DNA of 53,744 bases from Promethearchaeota archaeon Loki_b31 (GTDB lineage Archaea; Asgardarchaeota; Lokiarchaeia; Sigyniarchaeales; SOKP01), in assembly GCA_005222975.1 (NCBI GenBank), contig NJBI01000019.1:1-53744 (forward strand). Direction: 5' to 3'. This document shows positions 9,122 through 18,140 of the stretch, in pieces. Under the pieces are notes generated by a model. That model had not been told where the DNA came from and searched no databases. It was given only the letters and a program-made list of their open reading frames with translations. A program made the translations under genes and the position numbers. Numbering within the stretch: the stretch's first letter is position 1; every line of letters begins with the position of its first letter.

Positions 9122-10514
9122 CACTAGATGCAAAAGAAAGCCCACACTTCTAGGAGTGGGCTATATTTTGCAAGAAATCATTAATCGACCTCATTATGTA
9201 GATTTAAATACTCATTTGGTTTTTAGAAAATAGTGAATAGAGCGTATAAATTTAGAATTTATCCTAATTAAAAACAGAAGGAAGTATTGGACAAGACTTT
9301 TGGTAGTTGTAGATTCATTTATAACAAGATGCTGGAAGAGAGAAAGAAAGTATATCAAGAACTAAAGGATGATAAGGAGGCTTTTTACGATCACAAATAT
9401 AAAACCGAAAGACAATACAAGCAAGATCATTCCTTTCTAAAGGAAGTAGATTCAAAAGCGTTACAATCCGAATGGAGACATCTCAAATCTGCCTATGATA
9501 ATTTCTTTAGAAATATAAAGAAAGGGATCAAGAAGGGATTTCCTAAATTCAAGTCCAAGAAGAATCGACAGTCCTATACGACTTATAACGTAAATAATAA
9601 TTGCAAAATCGATTTTGAAAATAAGAAATTAAAACTCCCCAAGATTAAGACTTGGGTCAAATATAGAGATGATAGAATATTTAGTGAATATATTAAACAC
9701 ATAACCGTCTCTAAAACGAAGACTAGAAAATATTTTGCTTCAGTTTTAATTGAAATCGAATCTAATGTAATTCCTAAACAAGTTGTTAAAGAAGATAAAA
9801 TAATAGGGTTTGACATGAGTGCGTCTAAGTTTCTGATAGCCAAAGAACTTAAACTCTCAAGTCCCCGATTTTATAGAAAGGAAGAGCCTAAACTTATAAG
9901 ATTACATAGAGAAGCGTCCAGAAAGGAGAAAGGCTCAAGTAATCGAAATAGAGCAAGAATTAATTTAGCTAGACTTTATGAGAAAATTGAGAATCGAAAA
10001 AGGGATTGGATTCATAAGATTACTCATCTTTTATCCAATCATTTTGATTGCGTGATTTTAGAAGATTTAAACGTTAAAGGAATGCAACGATTTAATTCCG
10101 GACTGTCTAAATCCGTGAGTTTGGATTTTTCTTGGAATCAATTCGTGACAATTATGAAATATAAGATGGAACAAAAAGGAAAGCATTTAATTTTAGTGGA
10201 TCGGTATTTTCCCAGCTCTAAGCTCTGTTCTGAATGTGGATACAAAAAAGAAGACTTAGAATTAAGCGATCGCGAATGGGTTTGCCCAAAATCTCAAATC
10301 ACTCACGATAGGGATGTAAACGCTTCCGTGAATCTCAGAAACGAAGGAATAAGAAACCTAAAAGAAAATAATATCACGATCATTAACAACAATGAAACTA
10401 CCGTAGGGACTACGGTCGATGCGTTTGGAGAGAATGTGAGACTATTGGATCAAAGATTCAAGAGCAATTCTCGATGATTTACGAATCCACTATATTTAGG
10501 TAGTGGTAGTTCAA
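9122..10514 (+). mobile_element. IS200/IS605-family (IS1341-like, tnpB-only) element
   Basis: TTAC target at 9118-9121; AAAG at +16..+19 then hairpin CCCAC...GTGGG (9141-9160); right end GAAT (10483-10486), hairpin CCACTA...TAGTGG, terminal TCAA (10511-10514); excision restores the host frame; no tnpA. Confidence 0.9.
9233..10477 (+). pseudogene. tnpB: TnpB RNA-guided nuclease, probably degenerate
   Basis: GTG 9233 gives MNRAYKFRIYPN*KQKEV with TAA at 9269-9271; RuvC D (GFDMS), E (LEDL) and D (DRDVNA) intact; last zinc-finger Cys lost (CPKS). Confidence 0.85.
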
Positions 10515-10535
10515 GCTTATATCCGTCGACTTTAT
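10380..10535 (+). ncRNA. Predicted TnpB omegaRNA (right-end RNA), guide from the flank starting at 10515
   Basis: Stem-loop ACCGTAG-GGA-CTACGGT (~10400-10416) plus right-end hairpin; placement follows known TnpB biology; 5' boundary approximate. Confidence 0.55.
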
Positions 10536-10649
10536 CATTTAAGCTCATAATGACTTAGATAAAAAAAGATTGACTTATACCTATAATATCATAAAAGATA
10601 AATTACAAATATAAATTTAGTATATTAAAATTAATAAGAAATAAAGGGA

Positions 10650-11282
10650 TTGAAAACGTTGAAAATCTGTTTAATTGTAGGTTCCCCACGTAAAAATAGA
10701 AGTTGTAACTTTTTGATTGACCAAGCTATCGATGGCATAAAATCCGTAGACGGAGAATTTGAAATCAACAAAATTCAAATAACAGATTTCAAACTTACGC
10801 CTTGTAATGGCTGCGATCAATGTTTAAGACATCCACACGATTGTCCCTTAGCAGAAGATGATAATACTACTGAGTTAGAAAAGTTATTATTAGGGTCAGA
10901 TGCACTACTTATAGCTGCTCCAAATTATTTTGGCTCTGTGAGTTCTCAAATAAAAGTATTTATCGATCGCTCAAGGCCGTGGAAAATGAAAAATTACATG
11001 CTAAAAGATGTAATTTTAGCTCCTTTAGCTTCAACAGGTTTAAGAAATGGTGGTCAAGGCGTAATTTCAGATTTAATTAATTTTGGATTAATCCATGGAA
11101 TGATTGTAGTAGGAAACGCCCTGGGTAGCCCAGTTCTTGAGGGAAACATACCTATAACTAGCCTCCAAAAATTTGGATTAAAAGAATTTGTTGGCAAGGG
11201 AGAAGTCGATGAACTAGGAGGTTTAATTGCTAAAAATACTGGGAAAAGAGTTGCCAAATTAATTATAAAAATGAAAAAATAA
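10650..11282 (+). CDS. Flavodoxin-like iron-sulfur flavoprotein / NADPH-dependent FMN reductase family
   Basis: GSPR, CxGCxxC...C and APNYFG motifs. Confidence 0.88.
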   Translation: MKTLKICLIVGSPRKNRSCNFLIDQAIDGIKSVDGEFEINKIQITDFKLTPCNGCDQCLRHPHDCPLAEDDNTTELEKLLLGSDALLIAAPNYFGSVSSQIKVFIDRSRPWKMKNYMLKDVILAPLASTGLRNGGQGVISDLINFGLIHGMIVVGNALGSPVLEGNIPITSLQKFGLKEFVGKGEVDELGGLIAKNTGKRVAKLIIKMKK

Positions 11283-11299
11283 AAATTTATTTGTTTTTT

Positions 11300-12322
11300 T
11301 TAATCTGTATTAGGATTATTAGATTTTTTTTCTTCTTTAAGTTCTTCTGCTTTTTCTTCAAGTTCTTCCGCATCTTCTTTAAGTTCTTCAGCTTTTTCTT
11401 CAAGTTCTTCTACTTCTTCCTCAAGTTCTTCAGCTTTTTCTTCAAGTTCTTCTACTTCTTCTTTAAGTTCTTCTGCTTTTTCTTCAAGTTCTTCAGCATC
11501 TTCTTTTAGTTCTTCTACTTCTTCTTTAAGTTCTTCTGCTTTTTCTTCAAGTTCTTCTGCTTCTTCTACCTCTTCCTCAAGTTCTTCCGCATCTTCTTTT
11601 AGTTCTTCTGCTTTTTCTTCAAGTTCTTCTGCTTTTTCTTCAAGTTCTTCTGCTTTTTCTTCAAGTTCTTCTGCATCTTCTTTAAGTTCTTCTACTTCTT
11701 CCTCAAGTTCTTCTACTTCTTCCTCAAGTTCTTCTACTTCTTCCTCAAGTTCTTCTACTTCTTCCTCAAGTTCTTCCGCATCTTCTTTTAATTTTTCTAC
11801 ATCTTCTTTTAATTCTTCTACATCTTCTTTAAGTTCTTCTGCTTCTTCGGCTATTTCTTCTGCTTTTTCTTCAAGTTCTTCTACTTCTTACTCCGCTTCT
11901 TCTGCTTCTTCCGCTTTTTCTACTTTCTTTTTAAGTTTTTTTGCTTTTTTCTTAACCTTTTCTTCAACTTCTTCTGCTTCTTCTGCTTTTTCTACTTTCT
12001 CTTCACGTTTCTTTGCTTTTTTCGCTACCTTTTCTTCAAGTTCTTCTGCTTCTTCTACTTTCTCTTTAAGTTTTTTTACTTTTTCAAGAAATTTTGGTTT
12101 TTTATCCCCTGACCAGGCGATATTAACAATAGCACCAGTTGCAATTATTATTGCAGATATGATTATATAGAATATTATGTTGTTTGGAAAAAATTGTAAA
12201 ACATAGTCCATCCAACTAACCATCCAAGAACCCATAGGCGCTACTATAGGGTTTAAAAAAGTTAAAATGGCTGCAACAATATCCGCAATAGTTTGAACTA
12301 AATCAATTGTTTGAAAAATCAT
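11300..12322 (-). CDS. Membrane-anchored acidic heptad-repeat coiled-coil protein (340 codons) with an internal TAA at 11888-11890
   Basis: Hydrophobic N-terminus; EEAEE/EEVEELE repeats continue in the same frame after the TAA to the stop at 11300-11302. Confidence 0.75.
11330..11887 (-). repeat. 21-bp coding minisatellite (EEVEELE / EKAEELE heptads)
   Basis: About four exact tandem copies of TTCTTCCTCAAGTTCTTCTAC near 11695-11776, with degenerate copies on both sides. Confidence 0.92.
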
Positions 12323-12834
12323 GATTTATCAATACCTCCTAACTGGGGTTTATATCTCTTCTCTCTAATTGTTTTCCGATTAATAATAAAGTCGATAAAA
12401 TCATATCCTTTAAGAACTATTGTAAGAAAATAAATCCCCATATATAGCATAACCATATTTTGAACATTTAGAGCTATAAAACCAAAATTTGCTACTTCAA
12501 TTATTATTTCATAACGTACTTCAGTAGCTCCACTAAACTTATACGACCATATATACAAGCAATTTAAAATTATTTGAATTAGCGAGATAGTACCTTTTCT
12601 AATTGACTGTTTAGGAGAAGAATAGTTAAAAAATGCGCATGAACTAATCAGTAATCCGAATGCAGTAACCCAAAAAATTATTCTATCATAATCTGGTTGT
12701 TCAAGTATAATGTCGACGCCTAGTATCTGAACTTCCTTCATTAAAGTAAAAGTGACAAATGGAATAACCATTGTCGTTGTTATATAAACACTCAGATATA
12801 TTAAACCTTTAAAAATATTGAAGTTACGCCCCAT
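12319..12834 (-). CDS. Membrane protein (~4 TM)
   Basis: Hydrophobic segments; ATGA overlap with the downstream gene. Confidence 0.8.
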   Translation of the reverse strand: MGRNFNIFKGLIYLSVYITTTMVIPFVTFTLMKEVQILGVDIILEQPDYDRIIFWVTAFGLLISSCAFFNYSSPKQSIRKGTISLIQIILNCLYIWSYKFSGATEVRYEIIIEVANFGFIALNVQNMVMLYMGIYFLTIVLKGYDFIDFIINRKTIREKRYKPQLGGIDKS

Positions 12835-12846
12835 TTATATCACCCT

Positions 12847-13416
12847 CTATGGAAAATGACCTGCATTAAGGTTTATTATATTAACTGAAAAGGTGTACAG
12901 ATTAAGTGAATAAGATGCGCTAAATGTAAGGTTCGCATAAAACTCTAAAGGATAAGGTGTTCTAGTCCAATCTACTTCTGTGGAAGGATCTGGTAAATTT
13001 ACAAAATCCGATCCCGTACCAGTGAGAACCGCTTTCAGAGTGAGCCCCTGAGCTAAAGAACCAAAAAATTGCTCTTTATAAAAGATTATTACAGTAGTCG
13101 TATCATTTAATAGTGTTAATGCATTACCGTAAGTCATAGCAATTTGAAAACTTAATTGAATATTTGTTAAATCATATACTCCAGGATTTGAGATATTAAA
13201 AGGAACATTGATATACATTCCACTTGGATTAGTAATATTAAAATTTGCTGTTATATCTCCATCAGGAATGTTTACATTTTGTACGTTAGGATCTAAAATT
13301 GTCATAGCAGAGAAACCACCTAAAAGAGACACAGCCGATAATGATAACGTGAAAATTAGCAGAAATCCTCTAATAACCCATCTAAAAACTCTTGACGGTC
13401 TAATTATAGTCACCAA
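12847..13416 (-). CDS. Membrane-anchored exported beta-rich protein
   Basis: N-terminal TM helix, N-x-S/T sequons; 'VPFNISNPGVYDLTNIQLSF' resembles LEA_2-type folds. Confidence 0.75.
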   Translation of the reverse strand: MVTIIRPSRVFRWVIRGFLLIFTLSLSAVSLLGGFSAMTILDPNVQNVNIPDGDITANFNITNPSGMYINVPFNISNPGVYDLTNIQLSFQIAMTYGNALTLLNDTTTVIIFYKEQFFGSLAQGLTLKAVLTGTGSDFVNLPDPSTEVDWTRTPYPLEFYANLTFSASYSLNLYTFSVNIINLNAGHFP

Positions 13417-13486
13417 TCTTTACAAAGTCTTTTTTATTAGATATAGTAAGTTAACAATAAAAAGATAAAGGATGTTTATAAATTTA

Positions 13487-13502
13487 TTGTCAAGTTTGAC
13501 AA
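13487..13502. promoter_or_regulatory. Perfect inverted repeat TTGTCAA-GT-TTGACAA, candidate operator
   Basis: Next to a TATA-like TTTATAAA (~13475-13482), upstream of the 13416-11300 operon. Confidence 0.4.
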
Positions 13503-13549
13503 AAGAAGGGAAGTTTTTAAATACGGCATGGGCACGGGCACAACCGTGT

Positions 13550-13586
13550 ATCACTTTATCTTCAAAAATTTTCAAGATAAGTTCAT
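13550..13586 (-). promoter_or_regulatory. Eukaryote-type SECIS-like element
   Basis: Minus strand ATGA-ACTTATCTT-GAAAATTTTTG-AAGATAAAGT-GAT: AUGA/GA core, ~9-bp stem, AAA in the apical loop, 3 nt after the stop of a TGA-containing gene. Confidence 0.75.
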
Positions 13587-13589
13587 CTA

Positions 13590-13964
13590 TTAACCGTATA
13601 CATTTGAATTTTTTTTTATGAACAACAAACCTACTTTTTTACCTTCCACTTCTCCTATTGCCGCATCCACTATAATTAATGGTTTTTTTTCTAATTCAGG
13701 AATGATTTCTTTTTCGATGTAAACCTCGACAAGCTGATCCTTAAAGTTTTCGTTTTCAATGTCAATATCCTTCCATTCGACAAAATCGTGGTCATCTAGG
13801 AGTTTGTATTTTTCTACTAACTCGACAAAATTCCCACAGAAGCACATTGTTCACGATTCAGCAGAATGATAAAAAAGTACTACTACTAATTTTTCTGATT
13901 CAATTTTTTGTTGTTCTTCAAAAATATACTCCAAAGCCGTTTTTGAGAACGATAATTTAAACAA
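13590..13964 (-). CDS. Probable selenoprotein (124 aa, Sec38, U-x-x-C-x-C), possibly HesB-like / CC-Se-motif fold
   Basis: TTG at 13964 preceded by GTGGT; MFKLSFSKTALEYIFEEQQKIESEKLVVVLFYHSAES-[TGA 13853-13851]-TMCFCGNF...; SECIS-like hairpin downstream. Confidence 0.75.
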
Positions 13965-14085
13965 TCTTTACCACATTTATTTTTTTATTAGTTTATATTT
14001 ACTAATGTATAATGTATAAATTTTAAAATCATTATTATCTAAAATATTTAATTTAATTAAAAAAACGAAAAATAGTGAACAAAAA

Positions 14086-16935
14086 ATGGTAGAAATAAAA
14101 CAAATTAGCGCACATTCGGAGATTATTGAAAAAGTCGTAAACGCAATGAACACTTCAATTGAAAAAGGTTTATCTGAGTCAGAAGCAGCTGCTAGACTTG
14201 AAAAATATGGGAAAAATGAATTAATAAAGGAAAAAGGAAAAACTGCTTTACAAATTTTCATCGGACAATTTAAAAGCTTTCTAGTTTATTTATTGTTATT
14301 CGCGATTGCCATTTCAATTGTTATTGGATTGTGGGAAAGTGGCAGACCTGGGGCCGAAGAATGGTCTTCAGAATATACAGATGCTATTGTAATTGCGGCT
14401 ATTTTAATTGCTAACGCAGCTTTGGGATTTTATCAGGAATATCAAGCAGAAAAATCGATGGAAAGTTTAAAGAAACTTGCGCCACATTTTGCTAAGGTTC
14501 GTAGAGATGGTAAAGTTAGTGAAATTGCCGTAGAAGATGTAGCATTAGGTGATATAATACTTTTTGAAGACGGGGATAAATTTCCAGCGGATTTAAGATT
14601 AATAAAAGAATTTTCGCTTTACGTCGATGAGGCAATTTTAACCGGGGAATCTGCTCCTGTAAAAAAACAATTAGATATTGTAGATGAAAAGATGATTCTG
14701 GCTGATAGAATTAACCTTGGATACATGAACACGATAATCACGAGAGGAAATGGAGAAGGAATTGTAATTGGGACGGGAATGAATACCGAAATAGGAAAAA
14801 TAGCTGAAAGTTTGCAACAAGAGATAGTAGAACCTAGTCCTTTTCAAGTAGAAGTAAATCGATTTGGAAAGTTATTAGGAATAGCAATTCTATTGATTTG
14901 TGCTGGCGTATTTATCACAGAAATAATTATTATTCTACTTACAGAAGGTTTAGAGTTCCAAGCTGAAGAAATAGAGCATATGATCGACGCGTTTAAAATT
15001 GCTATAAGTTTAGCTGTATCTGCAGTGCCTGAAGGGCTCGTTGTTGTTATTACGGTGGTTTTGAGTATAGGTATGAAAAAAATGGCCGGGAGAAATGCTT
15101 TAGTCAGGAAGCTAACTGCTGTAGAAACGCTAGGACGTGTTAGCGTCATTTGTAGCGATAAGACAGGTACATTGACAAAAAACGAAATGACAGTAGTGAA
15201 AATGTATTTAAACGAAAAAGTATTCGATGTAGATGGTGTAGGATATAATATTATAGGGGATATCAAAGAATCTGGAAATCCTGTTAGCATGAATCCTGAT
15301 CTTAAGCGGTTTCTAGAAGTTTGTTTGTTTTGCAACAACTCGAATGTAAATATTCTCGACCTAAAAACGGGAGAAGTTAGTGTTGTCGGCGATCCTACTG
15401 AAATCTCCATGAAAGTCTTAGCTTTGAAGATGAAAATTAACGAAGCTTTTGAGAAATTAGACGAAATTCCTTTCGATTCTGATCGGAAGATGATGAGCGT
15501 AATTGGTAAATTAGATGGTAAAACTGTTGCTTTAATAAAGGGAGCTCCAGATATAATGATGAGAAATGCTTCTCATGTATTATCAAATGGCGAACGCAAG
15601 TCAATTGAGAACGCAAAAGATAAAATATTAAACCAAAATAACGAATTTGCTGAAAATGCTTTGAGAGTTCTTGGAGTAGCATATAAGGAGTTAGAACCGG
15701 GATATGATCTCAATAATATAGAAAAGGATTTTACCTATATTGGTTTAGTAGGAATTATTGATCCCGCACGAGACGAAGTTAAAGACGCAATCAAAGAAGC
15801 TAGAATGGCGGGTATCCGTACGATCATGATCACGGGAGATCATAAAGTGACTGCCATAGCTATCGCACAACAAATTGGTTTAACTGAATCAGATGAAGCA
15901 ATTACAGGAGTAGAATTAGAAGAAATGACTGAGGACGAACTACGAGAGAGAGTTAAAACTGTTGATGTTTTCGCACGAGTAACTTCAGAACATAAACTAA
16001 GGATTTTGAGGAGACTAAAGGAACTCGATTTAATAGTTGCCATGACCGGTGACGGGGTTAACGATGCTCCAGCTGTAAAAGGCGCTCATGTAGGCGTGGC
16101 AATGGGTTTAAAAGGAACTGAGGTCACTCAAGAAGCTTCAGATATGATACTTATCGATGATAATTACGCAACTATTGTAAACGCAATCGAAGAAGGTAGA
16201 GGAATCTTTGAAACAACCAAAGGTTTCTTCCGCTATATGCTTTCAACGAATTTTGACGAAATTTTTCTGATTTTAGTAGCATATATTATTATGAAGCTAT
16301 TTGTTAATGTCTTTATCGGAGCACCTATCGAACCAATTCAAATACTTTGGCTAAATATAGCCACAGATGGCATCCCAGCGATGGTTTTAGGGCTAACTCC
16401 AACAGATCCCGATGTCATGAAGGGGCCCCCGAGAAAAGGATTTACATTATTAAAAGAAATAAGAGGTCCCGCTTTGCTACTAGGAATATATACTGCAATT
16501 ACCGATATCACTCTTTACATAGTTCTTTGGACTGTTCTTATTCCTGAATGGAGCCTTATAGATCCAAATTTAGCTGGTTATTTAAGCCCAGGACCATCCC
16601 AAACATATGCAATAAGTCTTGCCCAGACAATTCTATTTACGAGTTTAGTGGTATGTGAATTACTTTTTGTCTACACATGTACTAGTAACACTAAACCGTT
16701 TTACCTCTTCCCTAATAAGCACTTATTTTGGGCTACAGGTCTTTCTCTCGGTTTACAACTTTTAATCCTTTACACGCCAATGGCTATCGCTTTTCACGTC
16801 GTACCTTTAACAGAATGGTATCACTGGGCAACTCTCTTTATTACCGCATTTAGTGTTTCTGTCGTCGACGAACTAAGGAAATATAGAATAAGATTGAAAT
16901 TGAGAAAAGATCCTAATTATTTATTTAAATCTTAA
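14086..16935 (+). CDS. P-type IIA (SERCA-like) Ca2+-transporting ATPase
   Basis: TGES, AVSAVPEGL, DKTGT, KGAPD, TGDGVND and WLNIATDG motifs. Confidence 0.93.
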   Translation: MVEIKQISAHSEIIEKVVNAMNTSIEKGLSESEAAARLEKYGKNELIKEKGKTALQIFIGQFKSFLVYLLLFAIAISIVIGLWESGRPGAEEWSSEYTDAIVIAAILIANAALGFYQEYQAEKSMESLKKLAPHFAKVRRDGKVSEIAVEDVALGDIILFEDGDKFPADLRLIKEFSLYVDEAILTGESAPVKKQLDIVDEKMILADRINLGYMNTIITRGNGEGIVIGTGMNTEIGKIAESLQQEIVEPSPFQVEVNRFGKLLGIAILLICAGVFITEIIIILLTEGLEFQAEEIEHMIDAFKIAISLAVSAVPEGLVVVITVVLSIGMKKMAGRNALVRKLTAVETLGRVSVICSDKTGTLTKNEMTVVKMYLNEKVFDVDGVGYNIIGDIKESGNPVSMNPDLKRFLEVCLFCNNSNVNILDLKTGEVSVVGDPTEISMKVLALKMKINEAFEKLDEIPFDSDRKMMSVIGKLDGKTVALIKGAPDIMMRNASHVLSNGERKSIENAKDKILNQNNEFAENALRVLGVAYKELEPGYDLNNIEKDFTYIGLVGIIDPARDEVKDAIKEARMAGIRTIMITGDHKVTAIAIAQQIGLTESDEAITGVELEEMTEDELRERVKTVDVFARVTSEHKLRILRRLKELDLIVAMTGDGVNDAPAVKGAHVGVAMGLKGTEVTQEASDMILIDDNYATIVNAIEEGRGIFETTKGFFRYMLSTNFDEIFLILVAYIIMKLFVNVFIGAPIEPIQILWLNIATDGIPAMVLGLTPTDPDVMKGPPRKGFTLLKEIRGPALLLGIYTAITDITLYIVLWTVLIPEWSLIDPNLAGYLSPGPSQTYAISLAQTILFTSLVVCELLFVYTCTSNTKPFYLFPNKHLFWATGLSLGLQLLILYTPMAIAFHVVPLTEWYHWATLFITAFSVSVVDELRKYRIRLKLRKDPNYLFKS

Positions 16936-17106
16936 TTTTATTCTTATTTTTATCCAATTATTTTTTATTTTCAAAATATTCTTTTTTGATTAATGTAACT
17001 CATTTTTATTTTATTTCTTTTAATTCTCACCCAAACAAGGAAATAATTATATAAGAGCAAAATAAAGATTTATTAAATAATTATTCAATACAAAATATGA
17101 TAAAAA

Positions 17107-18120
17107 ATGGTAATTGATATAACGGACGGAATAGAAAGTGGTAAGGTAATTGTAAAAGTTTTAGCAACCAATACAACATCTATTACTTTATTAACCGAAG
17201 AAAAATTTAATGGAAAAGTTATCCAGCCAGAAGCTACGGCTAATAGATCTATGGGCGAGCATGGGTTAGCAATGAGTATTAGTGTAGAAGATAATGGCGA
17301 AAAACATCTTTTCTTATTAGATAGTGGAGGTTTATCTCAAACTATAGTTGAAAATAGTAAGCAATTTGGAGTGAATTTGAATGACGTTGAGAAATTTATT
17401 TTAAGTCATGGCCATTTCGATCATTTTGGTGGGTTAGCGGGAGTCATCCCTTTATTTAATAAAGGTACCGAATTTGTTTTAAATCCTAATTGCTTTAATC
17501 AAAATTATGCGGCAATTATGAAATCTGGAGAAGTAATTCCTGCTGAAGATTTAGGAGCTTCTTTGCGAACGCTAGAAAAAGAGGGGAAACTTAGTATAAA
17601 TAAAAAATTACCTATACTTAGTAAAAATATGATAAATAATCTAGTAGATCAATACGGAATCAAGCTAATAGAGACAAATGAACCTGTAAAATTATTTAAA
17701 GGTATCGCGACAAGCGGAGAAATTGAATTATTCGATAAAGAAGAAATTACTAAAGGAATCTACATAATGAAGAGTAGAAAGGAATTTGAAACAAACTATT
17801 TCAGAGACGAAACATCTATTTATATTAATGTAAAGGATAAGGGTTTAGTTGTCATAACGGGATGTGGACATTGTGGCATAATGAATACGATAAAACACGG
17901 TCAAAAGTTAACGGGGATCGACAAAATTTACGCTGTAATTGGAGGATTTCACGAAGAATGGAACCCAATTGAAAAAATTGAAGAAAAAGTAAAATATTTT
18001 GAAGAATTAAATCCAGAAATAATTTGTGGTATGCATTGTACAGGTTTTAGTTTTAACAAACTCATGTCTCGACATCCCTCTCATACTTTAGGGATCGTAG
18101 GAACAGAATTTCATTTATAA
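17107..18120 (+). CDS. MBL-fold metallohydrolase
   Basis: EHGL, SHGHFDH, GCGH, GGFH and HCTG motifs. Confidence 0.9.
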   Translation: MVIDITDGIESGKVIVKVLATNTTSITLLTEEKFNGKVIQPEATANRSMGEHGLAMSISVEDNGEKHLFLLDSGGLSQTIVENSKQFGVNLNDVEKFILSHGHFDHFGGLAGVIPLFNKGTEFVLNPNCFNQNYAAIMKSGEVIPAEDLGASLRTLEKEGKLSINKKLPILSKNMINNLVDQYGIKLIETNEPVKLFKGIATSGEIELFDKEEITKGIYIMKSRKEFETNYFRDETSIYINVKDKGLVVITGCGHCGIMNTIKHGQKLTGIDKIYAVIGGFHEEWNPIEKIEEKVKYFEELNPEIICGMHCTGFSFNKLMSRHPSHTLGIVGTEFHL

Positions 18121-18140
18121 ATTTTTTTTTCATTTTTCAA

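Larger units (their letters stand above)
8658..10548 (-). pseudogene. Helical hypothetical gene split by the IS (pieces 10548-10515 and 9121-8658), with internal TAA at 8781-8783
   Basis: Removing 9122-10514 restores MSLNDKVDGYK-R-KKELLEELNVYKS in frame; the frame continues past TAA as ELRDNINLYFKFIKK... to the duplication junction. Confidence 0.8.

Noticed and set aside
9125-9130. TAGAT as an ISDra2-like target motif for the IS left end
   Set aside because: TTAC at 9118-9121 fits the AAAG guide pairing and spacing and, with the TCAA right end, restores the host frame
10475-10477. Other TGA codons as Sec (tnpB end, 12319, 40799)
   Set aside because: They lie at natural C-termini or ATGA overlaps, with no Cys-like context or SECIS-like hairpin seen
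11291-11509. Phe-rich 72-aa ORF on the + strand
   Set aside because: Antisense shadow of the GAA-rich repeat gene
11330-11887. CRISPR array
   Set aside because: Repeats are contiguous 21-mers without unique spacers and encode coiled-coil heptads; no cas genes
8781-11890. Genome-wide TAA reassignment
   Set aside because: Most intact genes in the window terminate with TAA
13977-14261. 94-aa minus-strand ORF as the upstream part of the selenoprotein
   Set aside because: Ends in TAA, a second TAA (13970-13968) precedes the TTG start, and it mostly overlaps the ATPase antisense
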